Counted from the first letter of the stretch, positions 26,530 to 36,198 are shown. The stretch is 38,605 nucleotides of DNA from Candidatus Barnesiella excrementipullorum (GCA_019114665.1 DXFB01000139.1:1-38605); one strand, 5' to 3'. Notes: generated by a model not told the origin, from the sequence alone. Made by a program: numbers and translations.

Positions 26530-27849
26530 ATGAAAAAACAAGCCCTACTCCTCATCCTCGGAGCGACAACGGCCCTCATGCCCGTCCATGCCGAAGATAA
26601 CGACCTCTCTTCCCAATCCGAAGATACGAAAGAGACAAGCAAGATAACAGAGATTCTATCACGTTTCACCGTAGGCGGATACGGCGAGGCCGTATATAGC
26701 TACAACTTTTATAGCGACAAATATACCCGTTATCTCTATCCCGAAAATTATAAAAACGAGACCCACGGACGCTTCGACTTACCCCACGTCGTGATTTACC
26801 TCGGGTATGATTTTGGCAAGGGCTGGACCATGGGCAGCGAGATAGAATTTGAACATGGGGGCACCGAATCGGCCATAGAGATTGAAGAAGAGGAAGCCGG
26901 CGAGTATGAAAGCGAAATAGAACGCGGCGGCGAGGTAGCGCTGGAACAGTTCTGGATACAGAAATCTATTTTCCCTCAACTCAATATCCGTATAGGACAC
27001 ATCATTGTGCCCGTTGGCGGCACCAACCAGCACCACATGCCCACCGAATTCTTCGGCGTCTACCGGCCCGAAGGAGAGAACACCATATTGCCCTGTACAT
27101 GGCATGAAACAGGTATCAGCGTATGGGGACGCGCCGGCGACTGGCGATATGAGGCGCTTCTCATCCCGGGACTCGATTCCGACCGCTTCGGGCGTATGGG
27201 CTGGATACACGATGGCTCGGGAAGCCCCTACGAATTTAAGATAGGAAACGCCTTGGCCGGAGCCTTCCGTATCGACAACTACTCGGTCAAGGGATTGCGC
27301 CTCTCGGTAAGCGGCTACATCGGCAACTCTTTCAGCAATACACTGAGCGGGAATAAAGACAATACGCGCTACGAAGGGGTCAAAGGTACGGTTGCCATAG
27401 GAGCTTTCGACTTCAATTACACAGGCTACAACTGCATTGTACGCGGCAACTTCGACTATGGCTACCTCAGCGACGCCGAGGCCATCTCGAAAGCCAATGC
27501 CAACATGAGCCAAAACTCGCCATCGTCACACCAAACGGTTGCCTCGGCAGCCATTGCCGGAGGTATCGAGGCCGGATATAATATCTTCGCACACATACCG
27601 TCGCTTTGCAAGAAAGGGCAAAAGTTCTATCTCTTCGGTCGCTACGACTACTACGATTCGATGCACAAAACCTCAACACCGCTCTACGAATATTGCGGCC
27701 GCAGCCGCATTGCAGCCGGTATCAACTACTACCCCTTGAAAGAAATCGTCCTAAAAGGAGAATACTCGATAGGGCTGCTGAAAGCCCCATATAATAACGA
27801 ACCTGCCGTTTCGATAGGTATCGCATACGCCGGATTCTTCACAAAATAA
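26530..27849 (+). CDS. Outer-membrane beta-barrel (porin-like) protein with an acidic loop
   Basis: Sec signal peptide (..VHA-ED), alternating aromatic/hydrophobic strands (FTVGGYGEAVY, IYLGYDF, AGINYYP) and an aromatic C-terminus (IAYAGFFTK). Contains the motif EIEFEHGG...GGEVALEQ. Confidence 0.75.
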   Translation: MKKQALLLILGATTALMPVHAEDNDLSSQSEDTKETSKITEILSRFTVGGYGEAVYSYNFYSDKYTRYLYPENYKNETHGRFDLPHVVIYLGYDFGKGWTMGSEIEFEHGGTESAIEIEEEEAGEYESEIERGGEVALEQFWIQKSIFPQLNIRIGHIIVPVGGTNQHHMPTEFFGVYRPEGENTILPCTWHETGISVWGRAGDWRYEALLIPGLDSDRFGRMGWIHDGSGSPYEFKIGNALAGAFRIDNYSVKGLRLSVSGYIGNSFSNTLSGNKDNTRYEGVKGTVAIGAFDFNYTGYNCIVRGNFDYGYLSDAEAISKANANMSQNSPSSHQTVASAAIAGGIEAGYNIFAHIPSLCKKGQKFYLFGRYDYYDSMHKTSTPLYEYCGRSRIAAGINYYPLKEIVLKGEYSIGLLKAPYNNEPAVSIGIAYAGFFTK

Positions 27850-27863
27850 CCCATTCAACCGGA

Positions 27864-27896
27864 TCTAACATAAATTTCTAAGTCTAACATAAATTT
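27864..27896 (+). repeat. 14-bp direct repeat TCTAACATAAATTT x2 (19-bp period)
   Basis: Exact copies at 27864-27877 and 27883-27896, just upstream of the imelysin ATG. Confidence 0.85.
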
Positions 27897-27903
27897 TTAC
27901 AAG

Positions 27904-29124
27904 ATGAACCACACGAAAAAATTCATGCAGTCTCTCAGTGCGATAGCCATGACTACAATTCTTTCAACCTGTATTCTGGCTTGCTCCGAGAACAATAACG
28001 AACCGTCTGCTCCGACCGACACAAAAGATACGGCCCTACAAGCGGCTATCACGGCATACATCGACAATGCCGTAATACCTACCTACAAAACCATGGCCGA
28101 TGAAGCCATCCTGTTGAGCGACCTCTGCGGGCAAGCCCGCGACCTTTTTGTCGCAGGCGACATAGACGCGGCCAATAACCTCATCTCTTCGGCCTGCCAA
28201 CACTGGACCGCATCGCGTAAAGCATGGGAGCTCAGCGAAGCATGGCTTTACGGTGCGGCTGCCGATTACAACATAGACCCCCATATCGACTCGTGGCCTC
28301 TCGACCGAACGGCTCTCGTTGCCCTTCTGAGCAACAGCTCTATGATGCAAAACATAGGCGAAGGTGGGGCCGAATGGGTAAGCGCCAACCTCGGTTACGG
28401 CCTGCTCGGGTTCCATGCCATAGAGTACATGCTTTATGAATTGTCGTCCGACGGGCTCACGAGCAACCCGCGCAACCTCCGCCATCCCTTCGACGACGGA
28501 ACGACAGTAACCGACAACCACATGATATACATGGCCGCCGTTGCCGAAGACCTGCGCAACCAATGCGTACGGTTAGAAGCCTCATGGACTGGGATGAGCA
28601 ATATTACAGCCGAAAAGCAAGCTATACTTACGGAGGCCGAATTGGAACCGACACGCAACTATGGCGAGGATATGAAGAATGCCGGACGTGCCGGCAGCAG
28701 CTACCAAAGCCTCACGCTCGCAGCGCAACAACTCATACAAGGCTGCATAGATATTGTAGACGAAGTAAACACGCAAAAGATAGGCCGCCCCAACAGTGGC
28801 ACAAGTACCGAAGACAAAAGTTACATAGAATCGCCCTATGCGCTCAATTCGGTGGTTGACTTCGCCGATAACATCCGCAGCGTACGCAATGCCTACGAAG
28901 GCATCGATAACACATCTTCTGTAAGTGACTACATTGCAACGGTGGCTCCCGACGTAGACACACAGGTACGCAATCTCATCGACGAATGTATCTCCAAAAT
29001 AGAAGCTATCCCCGAGCCCTTTGCCAATCATGCCACCGGCAACGAAGCCGACGCAGCCATGGAAAGCCTTGGCAATCTGTCGAATGCCTTGGCCAAAGTC
29101 AATACCACTCTGCTACAAAACTAA
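27904..29124 (+). CDS. Imelysin-like (peptidase M75 / IrpA-like) lipoprotein
   Basis: Lipobox ILAC (Cys27), HIDSWPLD, the GxHxxE metal motif (GFHAIE) and IESPYALNS, in a mostly helical sequence. Confidence 0.88.
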   Translation: MNHTKKFMQSLSAIAMTTILSTCILACSENNNEPSAPTDTKDTALQAAITAYIDNAVIPTYKTMADEAILLSDLCGQARDLFVAGDIDAANNLISSACQHWTASRKAWELSEAWLYGAAADYNIDPHIDSWPLDRTALVALLSNSSMMQNIGEGGAEWVSANLGYGLLGFHAIEYMLYELSSDGLTSNPRNLRHPFDDGTTVTDNHMIYMAAVAEDLRNQCVRLEASWTGMSNITAEKQAILTEAELEPTRNYGEDMKNAGRAGSSYQSLTLAAQQLIQGCIDIVDEVNTQKIGRPNSGTSTEDKSYIESPYALNSVVDFADNIRSVRNAYEGIDNTSSVSDYIATVAPDVDTQVRNLIDECISKIEAIPEPFANHATGNEADAAMESLGNLSNALAKVNTTLLQN

Positions 29125-29132
29125 TCCCGACC

Positions 29133-29167
29133 AAACAGCCGGTTGAACAATCAGTAACCGGCTGTTT
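29133..29167 (+). terminator. Intra-operon 12-bp hairpin after imelysin
   Basis: AAACAGCCGGTT-11 nt-AACCGGCTGTTT, starting 9 nt after the stop codon. Confidence 0.6.
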
Positions 29168-29221
29168 ATCATATCCATTACGAACCTGTTATTACACAGA
29201 ACCATCATTCCAATAAATAGC

Positions 29222-30955
29222 ATGAAACAAATCCGTTACTGCATATATTCCCTTCTTACTGTATATATTTTATGCGGCTGCAAGGAAGATGAGATGCCTC
29301 CGACTCCCACCCCATCGACAGAAGAGTTACCCGACTGGTATTACGCAGGGGGACAATTAGGCACCGCGTATCTGAGTACGTCCAATGCCTACGAACAACC
29401 CACCCCGGTGGTAGAAGCCGACGGAGAAATGAACCGCCGATTCAAAAACGGAGAAGCTCTCTTTGAACACATGTACATGTCGAATCACAGCGGCGTACGC
29501 AGCGGTTTAGGCCCGGCATACGTACGTAGTTCGTGCATCCATTGCCACCCGGGATATGGTCATGGCAAACGCAATCCCGACGGTTTTTTCGAGACTTCAT
29601 CTATCGGGAACGGCTGCCTGCTGGTCGTTTACAATCCCGACAACGACCAATATGTAAGCTGGCTCACCGGTATGCCGCAAGGACACGCCACCGAACCCTT
29701 CAAAGCACCGCTCGACGAGACAAAGGTCATCATCACATGGCAAAAATATACCGATGAGTGGAACAACCGCTTTCCCGACGGTGAGACTTACGACCTCGAA
29801 TACCCCGAAGTAACCATGTCGCCCGACGCTGTCTATGCCTACAACCGCGGTGTAGTAACCGACTTAGGCAACTACGAGGTGTTGTTAGAATCTACCATAG
29901 GTATTTACGGCACAGGATTGCTCGACGCTATCTCCGACGAAGACCTCAAAGCCCAATATGCCAAAGAAGAACGCGACGGCCTCCTGCCCAACGGTATCAA
30001 TCCGGCATTTTTCCAAAACGGAGAGTGGGTAAAACAATACAGCAACACCAAAGCTACCGATGTAGCGCCGGGGTTCGATGCCGCCGGCGAGCAACACCCT
30101 TTCCGTTTTACCTACGCCCTCAGTCGCGGCCCATTGCAGGATGCCGCCGGAGCAAACGCCATGTGGAACATACCCAACGTTACACGCAGCAACCGCCGCT
30201 ACCACTACCTCGACACCTACTTTGCCAATGCCGAGGGTGACGACAAGACAAAATTCGGCGGCAGCTCTTGGGTAAAGGCCTCGGCTTACGACCCCGAAGT
30301 ACAAGCCGGATACCGCGACTACATCGAAAAGCTCGACCCCGAACGGAACCACCCCACATGGCATGCCGCCGACTACACCGACAGAGAGTCGATAGCAACA
30401 GCCATCGCAGCCTACCTTTCGTCGAAGGAGCTCGACGTCGAGATGGACGACGAAGACTACATCGACTTCATGGTTTGGCATCGCGGACTGGCTGTCCCGG
30501 CCGTACGCAACATCGACGATCCTGCCGTAACACGTGGCAAGGAACTCTTCGAGGAGATAGGTTGTGCCTATTGCCACCGTCCCTCGTGGACTACCGGCGA
30601 CGACAACTGCTACGACCCTAACGGGTTTTTCGCCCGCGGCGACAATCGCCTGCCCCGCTATCCCCGTCAAACCATCTGGCCCTACTCCGACCTCATACAA
30701 CATAAACTGCACATGAAGAACGACATACGTACCGGTTGGTGCCGCACCACACCTTTGTGGGGACGCGGATTGCACCAAATGTGCACCGGGGCTGTCACAG
30801 CCGACCGCCTGCACGACAACCGTGCCCGCAACGTTATAGAGGCTATCATGTGGCACGGCAGTCCGCAAAGCGATGCCCGTCGGAGTGTCGAAGCATTCCG
30901 CAATCTTCCCAAGGCCGACCGCGATGCCATCGTAAAATTTATAGATTCTATCTGA
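29222..30955 (+). CDS. Di-haem c oxidoreductase family (DHOR/DUF1111) lipoprotein
   Basis: Lipobox LCGC (Cys20), GLGPAYVRSSCIHCH, YGTGLLDAI, LAVPAVR, GKELFEEIGCAYCH, RTTPLWGRG, LHDNRARNVIEAIMWH. Two CxxCH motifs. Confidence 0.88.
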   Translation: MKQIRYCIYSLLTVYILCGCKEDEMPPTPTPSTEELPDWYYAGGQLGTAYLSTSNAYEQPTPVVEADGEMNRRFKNGEALFEHMYMSNHSGVRSGLGPAYVRSSCIHCHPGYGHGKRNPDGFFETSSIGNGCLLVVYNPDNDQYVSWLTGMPQGHATEPFKAPLDETKVIITWQKYTDEWNNRFPDGETYDLEYPEVTMSPDAVYAYNRGVVTDLGNYEVLLESTIGIYGTGLLDAISDEDLKAQYAKEERDGLLPNGINPAFFQNGEWVKQYSNTKATDVAPGFDAAGEQHPFRFTYALSRGPLQDAAGANAMWNIPNVTRSNRRYHYLDTYFANAEGDDKTKFGGSSWVKASAYDPEVQAGYRDYIEKLDPERNHPTWHAADYTDRESIATAIAAYLSSKELDVEMDDEDYIDFMVWHRGLAVPAVRNIDDPAVTRGKELFEEIGCAYCHRPSWTTGDDNCYDPNGFFARGDNRLPRYPRQTIWPYSDLIQHKLHMKNDIRTGWCRTTPLWGRGLHQMCTGAVTADRLHDNRARNVIEAIMWHGSPQSDARRSVEAFRNLPKADRDAIVKFIDSI

Positions 30956-30984
30956 TGCCTAAGCGATAATATCACCTTTCACCG

Positions 30985-31032
30985 CAGGAGACATATTGCC
31001 GATCTCAGCATAAGGCAGTATGCCTCCTGTTT
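30985..31032 (+). terminator. Imperfect hairpin between DHOR and ccsBA
   Basis: CAGGAGaCATAtTGCC ... GGCAgTATGcCTCCTG followed by TTT. Confidence 0.5.
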
Positions 31033-31056
31033 CCGATTAACCCAAGCCTCACCATC

Positions 31057-33291
31057 ATGACAAAAAACGTCATACTCCTACGCAATATCTGTTTCGGAAC
31101 GACGGCACTGACCATACTCGTACTTATGGCAGCCACCATCATAGAGCATGTTTTCGGGACAGATTTTGTCTCATCTCACATTTACAGCTCTCCTCTTTTC
31201 GTCACACTATGGGCTCTTGTAACGGCATCGTCGCTGCTTTACCTCATAGCCCGCAAAATGACGAAACGCAAGCCCGTATTTTTACTGCACCTCTCTTTCG
31301 CCGTCATTCTCACCGGCGCTCTCACAACGCATATCGACGGCATACAGGGTAATATACACCTGCGACAGGGCGACAAGCCATCATATATCTATCGCACACG
31401 CCATGGCAGCGAGGGAGTTCTACCTTTCGGTATCGCCCTCGACGACTTCCGGCTCGCCTACTATCACGGGACGCTTGCTCCCATGGATTTTATCGGCTCA
31501 CTCACCATATACGACGGTAACGCTGTTTATCACGGCGAGACGTCGATGAACCGCATATACAGTTACCACAACTACCGATTCAACCCATCGACCTACGATT
31601 CCGACGGCAAAGGATGCACATTGCAACTCTCTTACGACCCCTACGGCATCGCCATCACCTATACCGGGTATGCCATGTTACTGCTCGCCATACTGCTGTT
31701 TTTCTTCGACAGCAAAAGTTCTTTCCGCGGCTTGCTGCACCATCCTGCGTTGCGCAAATTTACGGCATGCGCCGCTTTGGCCGCAGTACCATATATACCG
31801 GCATACGCCGACAAACTGCCACCGACCCTCCCCCAGAATATCGCCGAGAAAATGGGAAACCTCTATATCTATTACAACGACCGGGTATGCCCGCTGCAAA
31901 CATTGGCACGCGACTTTACCACCAAACTATACGGCAAACCGTCGTATCGGGGCATGAGTGCCGAGCAAGTTCTCATGGGGTGGTTCTTCTACTACAACGA
32001 ATGGAAGGAAGAACCCATGATACGCATCAAAAGCAAAGAGGTAAGGCAAATACTCGATATGCAAGGGAAATACACCTCTTTGGCCGACTTTTTCGATAAC
32101 GAAGGCTACAAACTGACTTCGGCTCAACAAGAAGAGACATCGGCGCATGACCTGCGCGGCATACGCGAAGCCGACGAACAGGCCAACCTTGCAAGCATGG
32201 CCGGCTCGGGCTATATCTTGAAGATTTTCCCTTATCGCGAAAGCGACAGCATTCCCCCAGTATGGCTTTCTGTCTCAGACCGTTTGCCGGCATCCATGCC
32301 CTACGAGCAATGGCTATTTATACGCTATTGCATGAACTATATGGCCGAACATGTGGCAAAGGGCGATTTTGCCACCGTAGACTCATTGATTGCCAAAACA
32401 CTAAAATACCAAGAAAAGGAGGCTCACGGCTTTCTGCCAAGCGACACCCGCTTCCGTGCCGAGAAGCTCTATAATGCAATCGTATCGACATCGCTCATGG
32501 CCATAGGATGCCTTATCATAGGTATGGCAGCATTTGCCTTCTACTGCCGGTATTTTTCGCACGGCAACCATAAAACGCCGCTGTGGGCAAACAGACTGCT
32601 CGCCACGCTTATGCTCATCACCCTATTGTACATTCTTGCCGTAATGGTATTGAGGGGCATTGCAGGCGGGCACTTCCCGGCATCGAACGGCTTCGAGACG
32701 ATGCACCTCATGGCCGCCTGCTCCTTGATATTATCCATGGCGTTTCACCGGCGATTCGACATGCTGCTGCCTTTCGGCTTCCTGCTATGCGGTTTTGCCT
32801 TACTTGTAGCAATGCTCGGCGAGGCCAATCCGCCCATCACGCAACTTATGCCGGTACTATCGTCACCGCTGTTGAGCATACACGTCGCCACTATTATGAT
32901 GGCTTATGCCTTATTTGCCTTTGCCATGTTCAACGGGGCAACAGCCATCATCATACACAGCACCCGCTCCACAGACGACGAGTCGATAGAACGATTGTAT
33001 ATTCTGAGCCGCATCATGCTCTATCCAGCAATATTCTTGTTGGCGGCAGGAATCTTCATCGGCGCCGTATGGGCAAATGTCTCTTGGGGACGTTATTGGG
33101 GCTGGGACCCCAAAGAGGTATGGGCGCTCATTACGCTGCTCGTCTACTCGGCCGCATTACACACGACCTCGCTGCCGGCCTTGCAACGTCACATGTTTTT
33201 CCATCGATTTACCGTGATTGCCTTCTTATGTGTATTGGTCACTTACTTAGGTGTAAACTTTTTCCTCGGCGGGCTACACAGCTATGCCTGA
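31057..33291 (+). CDS. ccsA: System II cytochrome c synthase, fused CcsB(ResB-like)-CcsA
   Basis: WWD signature GAVWANVSWGRYWGWDPKEVW, conserved histidines (LHLSF, SIHV, GLHSY), N-terminal TM segments plus a large soluble domain. Confidence 0.92.
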   Translation: MTKNVILLRNICFGTTALTILVLMAATIIEHVFGTDFVSSHIYSSPLFVTLWALVTASSLLYLIARKMTKRKPVFLLHLSFAVILTGALTTHIDGIQGNIHLRQGDKPSYIYRTRHGSEGVLPFGIALDDFRLAYYHGTLAPMDFIGSLTIYDGNAVYHGETSMNRIYSYHNYRFNPSTYDSDGKGCTLQLSYDPYGIAITYTGYAMLLLAILLFFFDSKSSFRGLLHHPALRKFTACAALAAVPYIPAYADKLPPTLPQNIAEKMGNLYIYYNDRVCPLQTLARDFTTKLYGKPSYRGMSAEQVLMGWFFYYNEWKEEPMIRIKSKEVRQILDMQGKYTSLADFFDNEGYKLTSAQQEETSAHDLRGIREADEQANLASMAGSGYILKIFPYRESDSIPPVWLSVSDRLPASMPYEQWLFIRYCMNYMAEHVAKGDFATVDSLIAKTLKYQEKEAHGFLPSDTRFRAEKLYNAIVSTSLMAIGCLIIGMAAFAFYCRYFSHGNHKTPLWANRLLATLMLITLLYILAVMVLRGIAGGHFPASNGFETMHLMAACSLILSMAFHRRFDMLLPFGFLLCGFALLVAMLGEANPPITQLMPVLSSPLLSIHVATIMMAYALFAFAMFNGATAIIIHSTRSTDDESIERLYILSRIMLYPAIFLLAAGIFIGAVWANVSWGRYWGWDPKEVWALITLLVYSAALHTTSLPALQRHMFFHRFTVIAFLCVLVTYLGVNFFLGGLHSYA

Positions 33292-33307
33292 ACGGCGGGC
33301 TGTCGCA

Positions 33308-33817
33308 TCAAGGCATATAGCCGCCCTCTTCCCTGACGGCACAACCTCCGGGTTCGAGATGCAAGATGCGTTGGTTGCTGCTACCCCTGAACAGCAATGT
33401 AGGGTCGTGCAGCGAGGCTACAAACCGGCCGTCGACAAGCGTATCTATCCACTGCAAGCAACGGCACAACGCCTCGTCGCGCAGGAGCTGCTCATAGGTG
33501 TAGCCGGTATAGCACCATATATTTTGGTGCGTTTCGCGTTTGAGACGCTCCAACAACTCATACAGTGCCGCCGGATTATAGAAAGGGTCACCGCCCGTGA
33601 GCGTAATGCCATCGAGCAATATATTATCTTTGATTTCCCGGATGATACGCCCCAATATGGCATCGGTCAGAGGCTCTCCGGCATCGGCACGCCAACTGTC
33701 GGGATTGTGACATCCGGGACAGGCATGGCGGCAACCGGCCAGGTAGATGGCATAGCGCAGCCCGTAACCGTCGGCTATCGTCTCGGGATATACGTTTAGA
33801 ATGTTGAGCCCTTGCAT
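33308..33817 (-). CDS. nrdG: Anaerobic ribonucleotide reductase activating enzyme (radical SAM)
   Basis: GCRHACPGCHN (CxxxCxxC), GITLTGGDP, WCYTGY, LVDGRF and FRGSSNQR. Overlaps the end of nrdD. Confidence 0.96.
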   Translation of the reverse strand: MQGLNILNVYPETIADGYGLRYAIYLAGCRHACPGCHNPDSWRADAGEPLTDAILGRIIREIKDNILLDGITLTGGDPFYNPAALYELLERLKRETHQNIWCYTGYTYEQLLRDEALCRCLQWIDTLVDGRFVASLHDPTLLFRGSSNQRILHLEPGGCAVREEGGYMP

Positions 33818-36198
33818 CGGTTATGTTTTACGCGGTCGCGCTCCTCGGCCTGCTTGGCCGAGTTCCATGTTTCGAGACTACCGGTAAGATAACCCGTGAT
33901 ACGCCGCATGCGCGAGATATCCTCGCTTTGGCACACGGGACAACGGCCGTATATCACGCCTTTATATCCGCAGTGGCGGCACGTATCTACGGGATGGTTT
34001 ATCGAGCCATAGCCTATCCCCTCGTCGTGCATGACCTTGACGATTTTCAGTATCACCACCACATTCTTCTTGGCCTCTCCGTCCAACTCGACATACGTAA
34101 TGTGTCCGCCGCGTGTGATAGCGTGGAACGGCGCCTCTCGTTTTATCTTCTCGACGATGCTCACCGGCTCCTTCACATCGATATGGAAAGAGTTTATATA
34201 GTAGTCGCGGTCTGTCACGCCGGGAATCACGCCGTAGATGCGGCGGTCTATCTTCGTGAAGCGTCCCGAGAGCCCCTCGGCGGGCGTTGCCAGCACAGAA
34301 TAGTTGAGCCCGTAACGATGCTTATACTCCTCGGCGACGGCATTCATCACCGACACGGCATCATACAGCGTCTGCCATGCCTCATCGTTGTGTGCATGAC
34401 CCTCGCCGTATATGGCTACCATAGCGTTATGGCCTCCTATAAAGCCTATACCCAGTGTGCCGGAGAGCAGGACGTCGCCTACCTGCTCGTCGGGGGCCAA
34501 CTTCATGCCACCTTTCCACACATCGTTGCCCATCATGAAGGGGAACTGACATGCCAGTGCGGTACGCTGGTAGCAATAGCGCTCGTAGAGTTGCTCGGCT
34601 ATCATGGCAGCCATCGTACGCACTTTCTCCAAAAAGATGATGCGCGCCTCTCGTCTTACGGTATGCTTATCGTCATAAGGGTGCAACTCTTCGGCTTCGC
34701 GGCGGGCTTCTATCGCCAACCGGGGCATATTCATCGAGGTAAACGAAAGATTGCCCCGTCCCCACGAACTTTTTATGCCGTGCAGATTCTCAAAGACACG
34801 GGTGCGGCAACCCATCGTAGCCACTTCGTAGCGGAAACGGTCGGGGTCGCCGGCCTTCCATGCTTCATTGCGGTTGAAGTCGGTATCCAGGAACAGGAAG
34901 TTGGGGAACAATGAGGTAGAGGTGGTGTAACAAGCCTTCAACAGCAAATCGAAGTTGGGTGCATCGAACGGAATCTTGCCGCTCAGGGCTCCCTCCATAT
35001 CGGCCATTGCCTTCTCATAGTCGGCCTCAGAATATGAAACGCCATCTTTTACCTTGAATATCTGTATCGGGAAAACGGGTACCTCTCCGTTGCCCAACCC
35101 CTCGACGGTCGACGCGAGCAACTCCTGTATGACCATGCGCCCCTCGGCCGAGGTATCGGTACCATAATTGATAGAGCTGAACACTACTTGGTTTCCGCCC
35201 CGCGAGTGCATCGTATTGAGGTTGTGTATCAGCCCCTCCATCGCTTGGTGGGTATCTTTTCTCGTCGACTCATAACTATGCTGCCACACGAAATGCATCT
35301 CGTCGGGTGTAAACGACAAGCCTTTCTCATGCAGCATAGCGGCCACGGCTTGCGTCTGCGCCTCCTCCTCGGCAATGGTATGCACGAGGTTGCTCAGCGG
35401 CTCTTTCAAGCCGAGAGCCTCTGAAAAGCCCTTCAACTCGGCAAGGAACGCGATGTTTTCCGAAAGATGTTTTCTGAAACTCTTTATCACACCGGGCGCC
35501 ATGAAGTGGTCGAAGGCCGGTATCGCCTGCCCGCCGTGTTGCTCGTTCTGGTTTGTCTGAAACACGATGGTGGCCAACGTAGCATAACTCTGTATCGACT
35601 GTGGCGGGCGCACCGTACCGTTCTTGGTATGAAAACCGCGGCTGAACAGGTCGTCCAAATCATATTGCGTACAGGTCGTCGTCTTCGTCGGATAATAGTC
35701 GAGGTCGTGTATATGTATATCGCCATTCTTGTGCGCCCGGGCATATCGCACACCCACCAGATATTTATAAGCGTAATCCTTGGTCACCTCCGAGGCGAAG
35801 GTCATCATCTGCCCGGCCGGTGTATGCGACGACATATTGGCGTTACCCAAGTTGATATCGTTTTTCTCTATCGCCACGATACCATCCATCACCTGTTTCA
35901 TAGAGGTACGCTTGTCGCGCTCTATGGTGCGCCACTCCCTGTAAATGATGTATCGCTTGGCGATATCGGGATTGACACGCATCAGCTCCCGCTCTACCAA
36001 ATCCTGTACCTCCTCTACCGTCACTTCTTGCGTTGTGATTTTCTGCGCGGCACGCTCGGCAGCCTGCTCTATCACGGCAAGCTCCTCGGTAACACCTCCG
36101 GCACGATATGCCTTTTCTATGGCACGCACAATCTTGTCCAAAGAAAACGGCTGGCGCGAGCCATCCCTCTTTACGATGGTTATCGTATTTATTTCCAT
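33796..36198 (-). CDS. nrdD: Class III anaerobic ribonucleoside-triphosphate reductase
   Basis: ATP cone (IVKRDG), IHIHDLD, MGCRT, ATPAEGL, zinc site CRHC..CPVC and glycyl-radical loop RRITGYL. Confidence 0.97.
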   Translation of the reverse strand: MEINTITIVKRDGSRQPFSLDKIVRAIEKAYRAGGVTEELAVIEQAAERAAQKITTQEVTVEEVQDLVERELMRVNPDIAKRYIIYREWRTIERDKRTSMKQVMDGIVAIEKNDINLGNANMSSHTPAGQMMTFASEVTKDYAYKYLVGVRYARAHKNGDIHIHDLDYYPTKTTTCTQYDLDDLFSRGFHTKNGTVRPPQSIQSYATLATIVFQTNQNEQHGGQAIPAFDHFMAPGVIKSFRKHLSENIAFLAELKGFSEALGLKEPLSNLVHTIAEEEAQTQAVAAMLHEKGLSFTPDEMHFVWQHSYESTRKDTHQAMEGLIHNLNTMHSRGGNQVVFSSINYGTDTSAEGRMVIQELLASTVEGLGNGEVPVFPIQIFKVKDGVSYSEADYEKAMADMEGALSGKIPFDAPNFDLLLKACYTTSTSLFPNFLFLDTDFNRNEAWKAGDPDRFRYEVATMGCRTRVFENLHGIKSSWGRGNLSFTSMNMPRLAIEARREAEELHPYDDKHTVRREARIIFLEKVRTMAAMIAEQLYERYCYQRTALACQFPFMMGNDVWKGGMKLAPDEQVGDVLLSGTLGIGFIGGHNAMVAIYGEGHAHNDEAWQTLYDAVSVMNAVAEEYKHRYGLNYSVLATPAEGLSGRFTKIDRRIYGVIPGVTDRDYYINSFHIDVKEPVSIVEKIKREAPFHAITRGGHITYVELDGEAKKNVVVILKIVKVMHDEGIGYGSINHPVDTCRHCGYKGVIYGRCPVCQSEDISRMRRITGYLTGSLETWNSAKQAEERDRVKHNRCKGSTF

